A stretch of DNA of 57,620 bases, counting the filler, from Sphacelaria rigidula (taxonomy: Eukaryota): the NCBI GenBank assembly GCA_964200075.2. It is 9 parts of 9 records of this genome, joined end to end, with 100 filler letters (N's around TTAATTAATTAA, not from the genome) between each part and the next. Parts side by side here need not be neighbours in the genome. Positions count along the whole stretch, not along the records: positions 19,243 to 25,555 come from CAXNAA020020832.1; positions 25,656 to 31,968 come from CAXNAA020020833.1; positions 32,069 to 38,381 come from CAXNAA020020834.1; positions 38,482 to 44,794 come from CAXNAA020020835.1; 5 more parts are not named here. One strand, 5' to 3'. Shown piece by piece: positions 25,369 through 38,525 of the stretch. A model generated the notes under the pieces. The model was not told where the DNA came from. It ran no database searches and saw nothing but the letters and a program-made list of their open reading frames with translations. A program made the position numbers and the translations under genes. Each line of letters starts with the position of its first letter. Positions within the stretch are counted from its first letter, which is position 1.

Positions 25369-26946
25369 ACAAATATCGATCAACGCAGAGTTCTTGCGTG
25401 CCGGAACAGAAAAAAAGGCCGAGATATTGCATTGGTCAGTCTGGAGCGCATCTTACTGAAAACGCCCCCCCCCCAAGCTGGGTCAAAGTTGAAGAGTACG
25501 CATGGATAGGGAAAAAGCGGAAGGGACAGAAGGACAAGATCAGGGGAGCGGGGGGNNNNNNNNNNNNNNNNNNNNNNNNNNNNNNNNNNNNNNNNNNNNT
25601 TAATTAATTAANNNNNNNNNNNNNNNNNNNNNNNNNNNNNNNNNNNNNNNNNNNNCTAACTCTAAATATTGGCCGGCGCATCCGCCTGCAAACTTTCATG
25701 CAGCCTCTAGGCTGGCCCAGCTCGTAGGACTCGGGACTAATCGTTATGGGGCCAATCCCCTGTCGAAAGGGGATTGTGAAAAACGGGATAATCTTCTTCG
25801 TTAAGGAGGACGCTAAGTGTGTGAGACGTGCTCGTTCTTGGAATATAGAAGTATTGGGTACCAGTAAAATGGAAGCCAGGACACACACACGAGCGGTGAG
25901 TGGGACATAAATCCAAATGATGCTGGGTTCGTCAATATTGAAGAAGAGGGGGAAAAAAGCAACGGCAGCTGGTAGTCGGGTGTCGTCGGCAGTTGGAGTA
26001 CTTCAGTACATCCGGCTTATGATCGATTCACCACTTTGCTTCTCGTCATTTTGATACGTATGCGTGCACCGATGTTCATCTTTGAATCTCCATCCATCTG
26101 TGTATATTCTCTGACCCACTTTACTGCTGCACCGCCCAATAAATACATGTCGTGTTTCCCCAAATTTGTAGTCGATGAACCGGACTCCTTGACCGTCAAA
26201 TAATTATACAACCCGAGAAAACATCCGCATTATCCCTCGCGGATAGCATATTTTTATCCCCATGCGTGTCCCGCGGATGCCGTTACCTTCCGATCCTTGA
26301 CGTCCTGCTGAGAGCAGCGACGCACACTCGGCGGATTTTTTTGTCGTTTTTTTCGCGCGCGGGGGCGGGGAGCGGGAGGAGGGGGGGAGGGGGGGAGGGG
26401 GACGGAGCACCAGTGTTTTCGTAATTTTCCATCGTAGTTGGAGACATTTTGTGTCGATGTGTTGACTGGTCATCGTGTTGACTTGAAAAAATGAGCGTGG
26501 GACTCAGGTGTCCGTCTGTCCATGTGCGCGCGCTTAAAGGACTAAGCAACGTTCGATTGTAGGCGGAGGAACGAACCGCGGGCATTGTAACAATTTGAGT
26601 GGAAGACGTAACTCACATGTTTTCTCGTTGAAATGGGCGCCATGAAGTCGCTTCATCACTGGACGGCCGTCTTGTAGTATTTGGATTGGTGCCGCGTTCA
26701 TCCACTGCTCCGCACGCGCTGAGCACCAAGCATGCACGCGGGATGTTTCACGACCCACTGTTGAGTACGTGTGATCACGCATGCTATGGTACCCCTTCAA
26801 TACTATTTTCGTCGCTCTCTCCCTCCCTCTCTCTCCTCGTTGTATTTTTTTTGGCAATAAATAACATACCTGTTCGTTTCGTTCTGTTTTTTATTCTTTA
26901 ATTCAATTTCGATTGAACTCTCCCGAACGCGACTTGAAAACTGCAG

Positions 26947-27096
26947 GGAGGAGGGGTGGGAGAGTTCCCTCTGGTGGTCCCCGGCGACGTGGTGGAATTA
27001 GTGCCGGGCATGGAGGATCTGACCATCATGGGCACAGTCATGGGGCACCAGAAGGTCACCAAGATCACCGGCTTGGAAGACATGGGCAGCCTTAAG
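26947..27096 (+). CDS. SDS22/PPP1R7-like LRR protein, exon
   Basis: 150-bp exon GGGVGEFPLVVPGDVVELVPGMEDLTIMGTVMGHQKVTKITGLEDMGSLK; phase-compatible with the next exon. Confidence 0.75.
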
Positions 27097-28109
27097 GTCG
27101 GGGTCACAAGTATCGGAAGTTGATCTGTAGTTGCGGAGTATATTTCCTCTCTCCGGACAAAAGGGTGAAGTGCAGATTCCACACCATGGTCTCGCTGGGA
27201 GAGGGTGTGTACGACTTACATACATACATAAAGATGTACCTGCGAGCACATACGGTCCTTTCTTTTATTTTTTTCGGTGTGAGGAGAAGGGAGAGAGGGG
27301 CAGCCGTGGTATCCTGAGGTCGTGGTTGAGATAATGATTGAATACGGCAGCTGTAAAGGTTGAGGAGAGCACGAGACGCCTACGGTACAAGAGGAGGAAA
27401 GTTTGAGTTTCGCGCGAGAGTCAGTAGAAGAAATTTTAACAGCCTCTTCATGATGATGTCGTTGATTCGACGACCCACCGGAGGGTCCGAAAATGTTTGG
27501 TGAGTTTTGAATGTGACCTCGAGCGATCACTGCGAAGATACGATTTTGAAGAAGGACACTCGCCATCGACACTTTCTACGATAGCCCCAGAAGGGTTGAG
27601 GAATTAGATTCAAGGTGCTGAAGCTCCAATCACCCGGTGCTGCGGTAGGGGTGCGCAAATACTTTTTGCTGAGGCTTGTGATTGTTGAAAATTCTCTTCA
27701 TCTTATCGAAAAAAAACAAGTTTGCGAAATATGCGAGAGAACACGCCCACGTTTTTTTTCCTTATTATTTATTTTTTGTTGAAAGAGAAAAAAGTAATAG
27801 AGGGAAGAAAGAAACATGTTGTGGTGATCAGGAGCCTTTTGTGACGCTGCAAATAATCGACCGACTGACGTCAATTTCAGATCAAACCGGCGGTTGTCTA
27901 TGTGTATGTAGTACGTAGTATAAAGTTGTTTTTCCTAATCAAGAAACTGTGGCAACCCACGCAACCAAAATGTTTCATTTTATTGCGCAGGAGCTAAAGA
28001 TGCAGTCGCCGTGCTTCATTTGCAAAATACCCGAGCTTGACTACGTTTGAAATAGAAGCTACTGTTTGTGTAACGCTTGTGTGCCATCGTCGTGCTCTTG
28101 TGCGCTCAG

Positions 28110-28310
28110 GAACTAACGCTGCAGTCGTGTCTCATCGGCAAGATGGAAGGCCTGGAGGGTCTGACGAGTCTCACGCGGCTCACCCTCTACGATAACCAGA
28201 TATTATCTCTTGTCGCGCCGCCTAGCCTGAGTGGGCTGACCTACCTGGACATGTCGTACAACCTCATCAAGAGCACGGCTGCGCTTGCTGGCTGCCCTTT
28301 GCTCGAGGAG
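28110..28310 (+). CDS. SDS22: SDS22/PPP1R7-like LRR protein, exon
   Basis: ELTLQSCLIGKMEGLEGLTSLTRLTLYDNQI...LTYLDMSYNLIK; SDS22-type LRRs. Confidence 0.88.
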
Positions 28311-28805
28311 GTAATTGTGCCGTGCTGCAGAGAATGATGGCAATGTCTATGGTGTGCATGTCATATGTATCGAAGAAGAAAAGAGACTGCGACGTGCGTC
28401 ATGAAATGTGTGGAGTGTGTAATAACAGGACGATGTTATATGTACCATATTTCCCCACGGCCTTTTTCATCCGAAGCCATAGCTGCAGGGCCCCCGTCAT
28501 CTCTTGATTTATTTATTTCATAGTTTTATTATTATTCAGATCGACAGTTGTTCTTTTATTTTTCTGGGTCATCTCCGTTCCTGTCCCTTTACTTCCCGCT
28601 CGGTTTTGATGTCGGTTTGCTTTGCTTTGATTTCTGTTTCTCAGTTTTACTCATTTTCTTTGCCCTACATTCTTGTTTCTATTTTCGTTGGGGTACATCC
28701 ATAGTGTGGGTACATCGGGGATCAGTTGATCTGCGACACTGAATCAAAATAGGATGGTGTTCTGATCAAATCGTAATAATGACCTGCATGGTATAGGTGC
28801 ATTAA

Positions 28806-28968
28806 CCCTTGTGGGACCGGACGCCCAGAAACATGGTGTTTGCACGCAGGGGCCCTTTTTCGTGGACCGGGATAATTTTTAATCGTTTTCAAGTGAAAAT
28901 TATGCCGATTCACAAAAAAGGCCGCTGCGCGCAAACACCATGTTCGTGGGAGTTCGGTCGCCGAAGGG
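28806..28968. mobile_element. piggyBac-like palindromic MITE
   Basis: TTAA-CCCTT...AAGGG-TTGA; homologous to 10012-10173. Confidence 0.7.
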
Positions 28969-29929
28969 TTGAGCGGGACGGTTTTTCTCACTTTTTTTCT
29001 TTCGTATCGTTACTCTCAGTATGTGGACAGGGAACCAAGAGAACGACGATACATATACCCGGAGATTTACTCTCCCAACTTTGTGTACGATTGTCCGATC
29101 TCCAAACTCCACCCAAATATTGGGTCAAAGTGAAGTACGATCTCAATCCTCTACCCAAGTGTTGAGTACTTACGAGTACGAGTATTCAAGACACCCAAAT
29201 GCAGTAAACACCGTACCCAACACACCACTGGTGTTCTTAAAAGGTGGTTAGGCTACAGCGGGGTAATAAAAAAATACCCGTGGATACTGGATCATTTGCA
29301 TATTTTTGTGTCGATACTCCAGGTGTTCCGGGATTCTCACTTGCTTCAGCAGTTGACACGCTGCGTATCCTGGATGGAGTATCGGTTACTCAAAATACCC
29401 TGAAAATTGCAGAAAAAAAAACTCAGAGTACCTCAGGTTATGTTCCTTATCTTTTTCATTTGTTGCTTGCCTTATTGCAGCAATGTGAACATTGGCCACG
29501 CACCTCATTCGGGGCGGAGTATCGTTTATACTCCTCATAGAGATACGTCAAACATTTGGGCCCTCATTATTTCTCTTCAATTCATTGCAAAATAACTTTT
29601 TACTTATCTTATCTCCCTCCTGTTTCGCTGTCTATGGCGGGCTCGCCGTCCGTGGAGAGGGGTAGTGTGTGTGTGCGTTATTTTTTAATCGAATTGAACA
29701 GCGACGACGGAGACGAGAAGAGATCGACGAACTCTGTACTTTCTGTACTTCGGCGAAAATGATTTTGTGTCGTTGCTTCACATATCGTACGTGTTTGTAG
29801 AATCCCGTCCTGCGGGGCACCGTGTCATCATCTTCATGGGCGTATTTTTCCTCTTTCGTATCCTGTCTTTTTGTGCCACGAATTTCTGACCACGGGCAAG
29901 AGATATCTGGACAAGGGCTAGTGTGAGAA

Positions 29930-30280
29930 ACAAGGACAACAACAATATTGTGGGTAAGATCATTTTTATGGGGACCAATCTGTATGTGTACAACTTTGAG
30001 GATTTCAGCCCGTCTGCAGGCGATTTTCCCCCGTGGATTGATTTTTTGGACCCCTGTCCGTTGGGCCGTTGGGCAATATTTTTCGGCTAGCTGTGAGAAA
30101 TCAATTCTCCGATGGCGCATTGACTTAGGTAAGTCACATTTTTGCTCAAGTCGGGACTCTCTCGCATCTCCCCTGATTTAGACGTAGACGGGCTGCAATC
30201 GTCAGATTTGTACAAATACAGATTTGTCCCCATCAAAAATGGTCTAACAAACATAACGTGACTTTTCATGTTGTCTTGAC
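29930..30280. mobile_element. MITE/foldback with long imperfect inverted arms
   Basis: ATGGGGACCAATCTGTATGTGTACAA..CAGCCCGTCT pairs with AGACGGGCTG..TTGTACAAATACAGATTTGTCCCCAT. Confidence 0.7.
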
Positions 30281-30682
30281 TTTCAGGATGGGCAATCGTG
30301 ATGTGTTCTCCCCCCTGTTCATTCCCGCCGTAGCTTCTGCGTTCGCCATCACTCTCGCGGTGCGAAGGGTTGTCGTCTGGCGGTATCTTCCGTGCTCTGT
30401 ACACGCACACACGCACACACATTGAAGTATGGTAACACAGGCCACGTACGTCCTGTTCATACCCTGGACAACAGAAAACAAAAGTAAAAAAGTGTACTGC
30501 GTACAGTATCGACTATTGCGCCCATTGCAACAGACGATAGATTCTATACTGTACGCAGTACATTTTTTGACAACATGAATCATTTTCCAAGGTGTGGTCC
30601 TGTTCAACACTGTCCATCTTGTTGTTGGATGCGTTTGCTGTTGTTGTTTCCGTTGTTGTCCATCTTGGTGCTGTCGTTGCAG

Positions 30683-30774
30683 GTGTATGTTGCGCAGAAT
30701 CGCCTCAGGGCTGTCGAGGGGATGGAGGGCCTCACCCGCCTGAGAAAGCTCGATCTCGGGGCTAACCGTATCAG
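30683..30774 (+). CDS. SDS22: SDS22/PPP1R7-like LRR protein, exon
   Basis: VYVAQNRLRAVEGMEGLTRLRKLDLGANRIR, matching the SDS22 LELGSNRIR segment. Confidence 0.9.
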
Positions 30775-31081
30775 GTAGGTGCCGGTTGAGGGTTCATTTG
30801 TTGGTGTCGTTTCCGTCGTTTTCATTGGTTCCGTAGTGGGTCATGCATGATATGTGTGCGAGCTACGCGCTGCCGTACTTTAGGAAAGGTATATTTTTTA
30901 TCTCGACTGGCGGAGCACGGTACGACCTGTTTCGCGGGAGAGGAAGCTGTTCTCACGACGTACGCACAGGTGTTTTTTTCGAGGTGTTTCAGGCACAGCA
31001 TACTTTTTTTCACGGTGTAACAGATGAGCATGCTTCATGTTGTGCTGTGTCGTGTTGTGTTGTGTTGCTTGTTGTGGGAAG

Positions 31082-31304
31082 GTTAATGAGCGGGCTGGAA
31101 GGGTGTACGTCCCTGGAAGAGCTGTGGATGGGCAAGAACAAAATCACGCAAATCGCCGGGATCCGCACCCTCACCCGCCTGAAGAGGCTGGACGTGCAGA
31201 GCAACCGGCTCACCGCCATCGAAGGCCTGGAGGGTTTGACGACGCTCAGTGAGCTGTACCTCGCTCACAACGCAATCGAGAGCGCTGCTGGGTTAGAGTC
31301 ACAG
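31082..31304 (+). CDS. SDS22: SDS22/PPP1R7-like LRR protein, exon
   Basis: LEELWMGKNKIT...LDVQSNRLTAIEGLEGLTTLSELYLAHNAIE, matching the SDS22 GKNKIT, QSNRLT and ELYLSHNGIE signatures. Confidence 0.92.
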
Positions 31305-32068
31305 GTGCTACTGTGTTATCGCGTGTGGCAATTCTGCTATAGGCAGTGGTATCGCGGTCGCGGGAGTATTGTGTTTCGGTGTAGCACCGGGTGTGTATTC
31401 AAGGCTTCAAACTTGATCTGCTAGTGCGCGGGAAGGTTGGGCAGTATTTGCCATACTGTCTGTCCAGGTGAATCAGCAGCGAAATCCACGGGAGTTATTT
31501 GCTTAGGAGGGCCGGGCAGAATGCAACGCTTCGCCCACGTAGTATAGTCCCCGAATCAGAGCATTCACGGTATTAGTCAGTGGGAAACTTTCTTACTACA
31601 CCGCACCTCGCTGTTGTACCCCCAACCCCCCCGGCACGGAGCACATGTAGCGCGACGCCGATCTGCAACCTCCGTCAGCAAGGGGAAAGTACTTGTCTCC
31701 GGTTGGTTGATTCATGGTCTCTTTTGTTTTGTTTGGAATACCAGAACCAAAAAAACGGAAGAAAAGAAGATGATATTCACGGCTGTGGTGCTCCTCATTC
31801 GTGGCATATTACCCCACCCCCCTTCCTTCGCTCCCATCCTTCTGCATTATCGAGGACTGGTGGGTAAATGACAAATGGATATCAACAGTCATGAGGCAAG
31901 CATATGTATCATGACCCCCCCCCCGAGATAAGAAAAAGAAACCGCGGAACACCAGACAAAGCTGCACANNNNNNNNNNNNNNNNNNNNNNNNNNNNNNNN
32001 NNNNNNNNNNNNTTAATTAATTAANNNNNNNNNNNNNNNNNNNNNNNNNNNNNNNNNNNNNNNNNNNN

Positions 32069-32150
32069 TGGCTCCGGAAATCGAACCCTCCTGCTACTCA
32101 ACCATCAGAAGGTTACGAGGTTACCAACTGAGCCACCGGGGCGACCGGCT
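32069..32150 (-). mobile_element. tRNA-derived SINE head
   Basis: Reverse complement GCCGGTCGCCCCGGTGGCTCAGTTGGTAACC matches the copy at 22400. Confidence 0.7.
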
Positions 32151-32731
32151 ACCGTAACCAACAAAAAAGTGGGAAAAGTTCCTATATTATATGTTTTATG
32201 TATATATATATATATTTACTTGCTCACAGCACGCTTTAGTTAAAGTAAACACGATATTTTCACGAGAAGGCCCGTACCTCTCCAAAACAAAATGCACATT
32301 TCTTTTCTTCGGCATGCCTTTGCAATTGTCCATGATAAGTTTCAAATCTCAATTAATTCTTGAAATTGAGCTGAAAAACTGAGATAAGGCCCGAGAGCAT
32401 TGCCCATTTTCCCATGAAGCTCCCCTCAAAAAAACAAGAAAAATTAGAAAAAATATGTGAAATAAACGAAAACGATGATACCACCAATGTTTTCGTGAGA
32501 TTGAGCAAGGATTGAGAGGAGAGGATACGATTGAGAGTGAAAAGCGGTCAATCAGTGAAATAATCGTTTCAGTTCCGAAATACCCCTCCACGAGGCCCAT
32601 TATTCTTTCTGTAGTAGCTCGCCACTGAGGTGCTTGATATCCCTGAGTGGGATGTCGACGTGTAGCTGTAATCACACGCCAGTGATATAGGCAAAGAAGA
32701 GCACGCACGGAATGAAGGATAGGCTGGGTTG

Positions 32732-32982
32732 GACACTTTCTACGATAGCCCCCCCCCAAAACCAGCTCAAAGTGTCACGAAAAAACTGGCCATACAGCGC
32801 CTGTTGTTTGGGTTCAGGCTGCATGAGGCGCCTCATATTGGCAACATTGGCGAGAACGACTCCAAGCGTGGGAATTCCCAGCTGCTCGTTGTGCTCGGCT
32901 TTCCCCACTTCGATTTATACGTGAAGATTTTGCCTCCCAAAACCATGCACTTTTGGGGGGGGGGGCTATCGTAGAAAGTGTC
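32732..32982. mobile_element. MITE (251 bp) with 4-bp TSD GTTG
   Basis: Perfect TIR GACACTTTCTACGATAGCCCCCC; GTTG at 32728-32731 and 32983-32986. Confidence 0.88.
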
Positions 32983-33441
32983 GTTGAAGCGAACGATCAA
33001 AGCCACTCTCAATCCGCGCTCTTCTACTCTCAATCTCACGAAAACGTTGTTGTTCTGATGGGTTTTTTTTCTCATTGTTGTGCGCACTACGTAGCGATTC
33101 TCTATGCGAAATTCCAAAGCACAACTCTCAAAAACTGAGACGCAATATCCAGATTTATTAGAGCGTGAAGTGCCTCTGCTCGAAATATAACGACTTGAGG
33201 ATGAAACCTCGTGTGCGCCATATCTCGAGGCAGATAACTAATTAGGCAACAGTGGAGGTATCGATCGTTTCCCCGTGCTCCAGGGCAAAACCACACCAAG
33301 AATCGTCATCATCCATCCGATGTATATTTCGTTCGGGGTTTCATGTAGACTTTAGTATAGACGCTATCCCCATACGTACGGTATAGGAATTACTAGACGC
33401 ATACATGAGATTTAATCAACGAGAAAAAATCTGCCCAGACT

Positions 33442-33690
33442 GACACTTTCTACGATAGCCCCCCTCCAAACAGTGCATGGTTTTGGAAGGCAAAATCTTC
33501 ACGTTAATCGAAATGGGAAAAGCCGAGCACAACGAGCAGCTGGGAATTCCCACGCTCGGGTTCGTTTTAGCAATGTCGCCAATATGAGGTGCTTCATGCG
33601 GCCTGAACCCCAGCATCAGGCGCTGTATGACCATTTGTTTTGTGACACTTTTGGGCTGGTTTGGAGGGGGGGGCCATCGTAGACGGGGTC
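33442..33690. mobile_element. Second copy of the same MITE, inverted, 4-bp TSD GACT
   Basis: GACT at 33438-33441 and 33691-33694; the empty site is visible in the paralogous host repeat near 49415-49430. Confidence 0.88.
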
Positions 33691-35370
33691 GACTTTTGAG
33701 CGCATGGGCACCTTCCCCATGATCAGAAGATTAATATTCGAGATGCAGATCACGGCCCAACTCGTCTATGTCGATGAGATATCCCTTAGACCGCAAGGGT
33801 AGTCCATCTGGATCACGTATACTTTTTTCCAGTGAAATTGATGCCGATTCAGCAGGTGACCTATTCTCGCCATGTCAGGGTCAAATCCACACCAAGACCG
33901 ACCCAACTCAGAGGAGGAGGAGGAGGAGGCGGCGGGAGAGGAGGAGGAGCAGTAGTAGTGGTAGAGGTAGTATTCTCGACAAAAAAGAGACTATTATTGA
34001 CTGTCGTACCGGAATAAAAATAATTCCCCCGTAAGATGGTTGCATGTGATGAAAAGAGTGTTGTGCCATCACTTTTACCTATCTGTCTATTATTATCATC
34101 ACATCATCGAAGGGTCTTTTACTACTGAAGACGATCAGAAAAAGAAACGCCCCTAGCCTCCTCCTCGGTGATGAAGGGGAAAATCTTTGGAAGTCCGGCA
34201 GAAATCCTATAATGTATCAGTACAATACTATCATCGCTACCATCCAAAGCACGGGGTATACCCCGGCCTCCTCACGGGTTTACCCCCACCCCCTCGAGCG
34301 CGCTCCTCGCTCCCCCTCCCCATTCTCACAAAGGCCTCACCGAAAAAAGAGGTACGAGTAGGTCGTGGAGTATCAAGCCACCAAGGAATATCCAACGGAC
34401 GCGATGCATCACCGTTCGAACCTTTGTTCGGTATTTCAATCCTTTGACCGCAGGGGTATAGGTCACGTGATGATGCAATCATTTTTCAAGCGAGATTGAT
34501 ACTGATTCAACAGATGGCCTGTATCTATATGCTCGCATGTTCGCTCACCTACAAACGCGCCCTATAATGCTACTGCTGCTACTACTACCGTACTTTCTGT
34601 ACCACTCCGACTATAATTATTCCTTGGGACAGGTTTGTTTATTCTCACGATCCGGAAGAACCACCAACCCTCCACCTCTCCCGAGTTTAGCCCTTCGACC
34701 GCGAGAGCGTACGTTGTCAATTTATCTTTAAAAAAGTAAACAACATCCAGTTGAACAGTGCCCTGGATCGATCGCGGTCGAAGGGTTAAACGACGAAAAA
34801 AAAACTACTCCTGATCATAAGGGATTGTCTTCCCACCTTGAGTCATCGGAAATAATATTCTAATTTCATACATATCCCAAAGCCTGCGGAGGGTGGGAAC
34901 TGGTGTTTGCATTTCTGTGGTTTGAGCGTCAGAGTGCCCGCATCCTCTGTCGTCGTGATATCTTCAACCTCGTGGCCGCGAACAGGCCGTTTTCTTCAGT
35001 TGACGTATGTTTGTCAACGCATCGTCACGCACCTATTCCTTGCTGTTTTACTTGCTGTGCCGTGTGTTACGTTGCTTCTAGTTGCTGATAACAGAGATAT
35101 ACTGTCGCAAGATTTTGAGATTTGATTCCGAAGACGTCAAGTTGAGTTCATGTTCGTATGCCAATGCAGGCGGCTCTGCCTCGTTCAGCGTCCCTCGATT
35201 TCAAGATTGGTGAGACAGAGTGTACATAATATGCGTGCTCCGCAAGTGAAAACTCTTGGCGGTTAAACGGTTGACCTTTCGGCCACGAAGACTCTGACAT
35301 ATGCACTACTGCTACTACTGCAAGATCGAGCACACGCTTAGAAAAAGATCGAATATACTACAACGATGAC

Positions 35371-35372
<2 letters not shown>

Positions 35373-35432
<60 letters not shown>
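35373..35432. repeat. (CAA)n microsatellite
   Basis: Direct reading. Confidence 0.95.
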
Positions 35433-35433
<1 letters not shown>

Positions 35434-36537
35434 GAAATCGAGGTATCTCAAACTCTGTTCACGGTTTCCTGGTTTATTCGCTGGCTCTGGGTTTTGCACA
35501 ATTTTTCCAAGTGAAAGCGATGGCGTTTCATAGGAGGACCTGACCTGGCGGTCAAAGGGTCCCATCATCTGATGAATCGCCATCACTTACTTCCACTTGG
35601 AGAAATAGAACAAAACAAACCAGAAAACCGGGAACCGAGCTTGAGAGACCTCTAATAATAATGCACCAAGTACTCTCTGTGGACTTTACATCGGACTCAA
35701 AGATGGACGGACTGACTCCGCTTTGTAGCTCAAGGGCGACCCACAATGGGGTTATAATCTTTATTGCAGAATGACACCTCAACGAATATTTCTTCAGTCC
35801 ACAGTCCACAGGCCGAATTCCATCCGGAGTGATGCCACCGCAAAGCTTTTAACCCTTGGACCGCGGTGCGGGTAGTCCATCCGGATCGTGTATACTTTCT
35901 TCAAGTGGATATTGATGGCGATTCAGCAGGTGACCTACCCTCGCCGTCAAAGGGGGCATGAAATAAGCCTAGGTATGCATATCACTGCAGTACAATTCTC
36001 TGCAACGGTTAGGGAAGAGGGGGGGCGGCCACCTCCGAGAAGGACTGACGGAAAATGTCAGACATACATGAACGATTGGGTGCCCCCGTCAGATTTTGAC
36101 AAAAACGAACGCGTTCTGGTCAATGATGGGAGCACTTGGGGCTGTCAGCTCCACCAAAGATCCGAATGTCGGTGTTCATACTCAAATCAAGTAATAAATT
36201 GCCGGGAAAGTTCCATCGACGAAGTGGTGAACTTCATCTGCTACGGGAGTGGTAAAATACTGCCCACATCAACCGATAACACGTCATTTCATATGTCTTC
36301 AAGAAGGAATGGTTCCACCTGTTCGGAACCCACAGCTTCTGATACCCCATCCCCGACTAAATACAGATAGCCATCCACCTCTCTGAGACAGGCAGCGGTC
36401 CACACTAGAAACGATCACAGTTCTAATAAGGAAAGGGTGCATGCGGGAAACGGGGACCAGCCGCCGCTATGTTTTTGCAGCGTCATATGACCAAAACTTC
36501 GGGTCCTGGAAAATTTGGGTTCCGAATGGTGCGAGTT

Positions 36538-36538
<1 letters not shown>

Positions 36539-36591
<53 letters not shown>
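36539..36591. repeat. (TTG)n microsatellite
   Basis: Direct reading. Confidence 0.95.
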
Positions 36592-36811
36592 ATCTGCGTT
36601 GATAAACAGTTCGAATATCAGCGCAGTGTTCGGTACTGAGCATCTAATGCGGACGCCTTCCGTGGTCATCACAGGCCAACTACCCAAAGTAAGGTATAAG
36701 GAAACCACAAACATGGGCATGTGACATGAGTAACTATTATATGATACTCGAAAGCGTCTTGTATCCTTTTACCTCCCATCTGTGACCAAAGATCCGTGGT
36801 TTCCCGCCTAA

Positions 36812-37420
36812 TCACAACCACCTTCGAAGCCACCTCCAGACTCTACTTCCGTATCCCACATGTACGTCACCCTCATCCCGAGTCGGTCCAACCCCTTCTC
36901 CTGGTGTCCTCTGCTCTGACCTCCCACTGACGTCTGTTTCGCAGCGCTTATCAACATTAGTATTATCAGTAGGAACATAAGTATTAGTTGTAATATCATT
37001 ATTAGTATTCTTGTTTCGTAAGGGCATGAGCCGGATACCATGCTCAGCATCAAGAAGCACCGATTCCTCTGCTGCTGCTCCTGCTGTTGCTGCTGCCAAG
37101 AAAGTCACCCCATCGTCACCGACCACCCCGCCAAAGATCGATGTCGAATGATGTTCCTCTTCAGCTGGATCTTCCGGAGACGATTCTGTCCTGCGCAGCC
37201 CACCAGTGAGCGCGCGCAAGAAGTTTTCTCCGGAAGCCTGTTCGTCTTGCGGTTGCTGCTGCGGTACCCTAGCCAGAGACGATGATATCGAAACTGGAGG
37301 GTGTACAGGAGAGCTACGAGTAGCAGCTCGGTGTTTGAGGGTACCAGCTTCGCGCCACATCTCGAAGAGTCGAGCTCGCCTCGTTTTCATTTCTTCGGCA
37401 GAGGCGACGACAGCTCTTTC
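36812..37420 (-). CDS. Candidate terminal exon of a hypothetical protein
   Basis: Pyrimidine tract plus CAG acceptor, then about 200 open codons (ERAVVASAEEMKTRRARLFEMW...VWRWLRRWL*); no recognisable domain; reading phase uncertain. Confidence 0.35.
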   Translation of the reverse strand, partial: ERAVVASAEEMKTRRARLFEMWREAGTLKHRAATRSSPVHPPVSISSSLARVPQQQPQDEQASGENFLRALTGGLRRTESSPEDPAEEEHHSTSIFGGVVGDDGVTFLAAATAGAAAEESVLLDAEHGIRLMPLRNKNTNNDITTNTYVPTDNTNVDKRCETDVSGRSEQRTPGEGVGPTRDEGDVHVGYGSRVWRWLRRWL

Positions 37421-38044
37421 CTGCGACCGAGAGAACGCCAATGGAAGAGCAAAAAAACGGCAAGCAAGGGAAAAAAATACATTCGAAAAGAAACGGAAGA
37501 GAAGTAAACAAAAAACAAGAGATAAATACCTGTAGGGAGGGAGAGAGAAACGATTTTGCATGGGCATGTATGTTGTATTTATTTGACAAAACAATTTTCA
37601 CCGGATATAATATATATATATATAATATGCATTTAGTAAAGTTGGTTTTATAGTTTGCGACCGAAGTCTTGTCTGTTCAACGTTTCGTTTAGATGACGTT
37701 GATGTTGTTGGCAAAAAACTAGAGTGCAACGTTGAAGAGTGTGTGAGTGTGTGGGCGCGTGCGTACGTCTCTTCATCAACAACATCGAAACAGACAGTCA
37801 GTGACAGCAACAGCAGCACCAACAGCTGGAGAATGCCGCGAAGCAAATTCTGCGTGTTCTTCTTCGTCTGGTACTTGTCCTACTTTTTTTTGTCACACTG
37901 CCAACCCCTACCATTCCTCGGGACGAGTCCGTGGTCTCATGGGATTAACCCATCTCTCCCCGGTAGGATGCACAGAACTGCCCCTGCGCCAAAGCAGTAC
38001 AGAGAAGAACTCGTGTAGTGGCAGGATGTGATGAACTACAACAC

Positions 38045-38354
38045 AAGGAGGAACGGGACGCGTTGGAGGGAGAAATGTGGGAAGTGGACGAAGTTGGCAT
38101 GAAATCGTTTGATACTATAAAATACGTGGTAGTATCGAGCAGGCGATGGCTATACTAGGAGATAGACGGTGGCCACAGACGGCTAAACAGGAAGAGGATG
38201 AGATATGCAAGAGGTTTCGGTGCAGTATATGGAAGAGACGTGATGAGCGCCAAAATGTTGGAGATGTCTCTACTAGGAGTAGGAACGATAATCCGTCTTG
38301 AAAGGGGTGCGTGGTTAATGGTCAAGTGACTAAGGCAAGCCACAAATGAGTGCG
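38045..38354 (+). mobile_element. Family B LINE 3' end
   Basis: Matches 17480-17780; ends ACAAATGAGTGCG followed by a C-tract. Confidence 0.8.
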
Positions 38355-38481
38355 CCCAGCTCCCTCTCCCCCCCCCCCCCCNNNNNNNNNNNNNNNNNNN
38401 NNNNNNNNNNNNNNNNNNNNNNNNNTTAATTAATTAANNNNNNNNNNNNNNNNNNNNNNNNNNNNNNNNNNNNNNNNNNNN

Positions 38482-38525
38482 GACCTCCATGGTCTGCAGA
38501 CTATGGCAAGCATGATCATGAGTAC
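38482..38525 (+). mobile_element. Family A 3' end
   Basis: Ends CATGATCATGAGTAC followed by a poly-C tract. Confidence 0.7.

Larger units (their letters stand above)
32230..33785. repeat. Dispersed non-coding repeat hosting two MITEs; homologous to about 48880-49520 and, inverted, to about 10400-10720
   Basis: Shared blocks such as CACAACTCTCA.AAACTGA, GTGCGCCATATCTCGAG and TTTCGTTCGGGGTTTCA. Confidence 0.75.
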
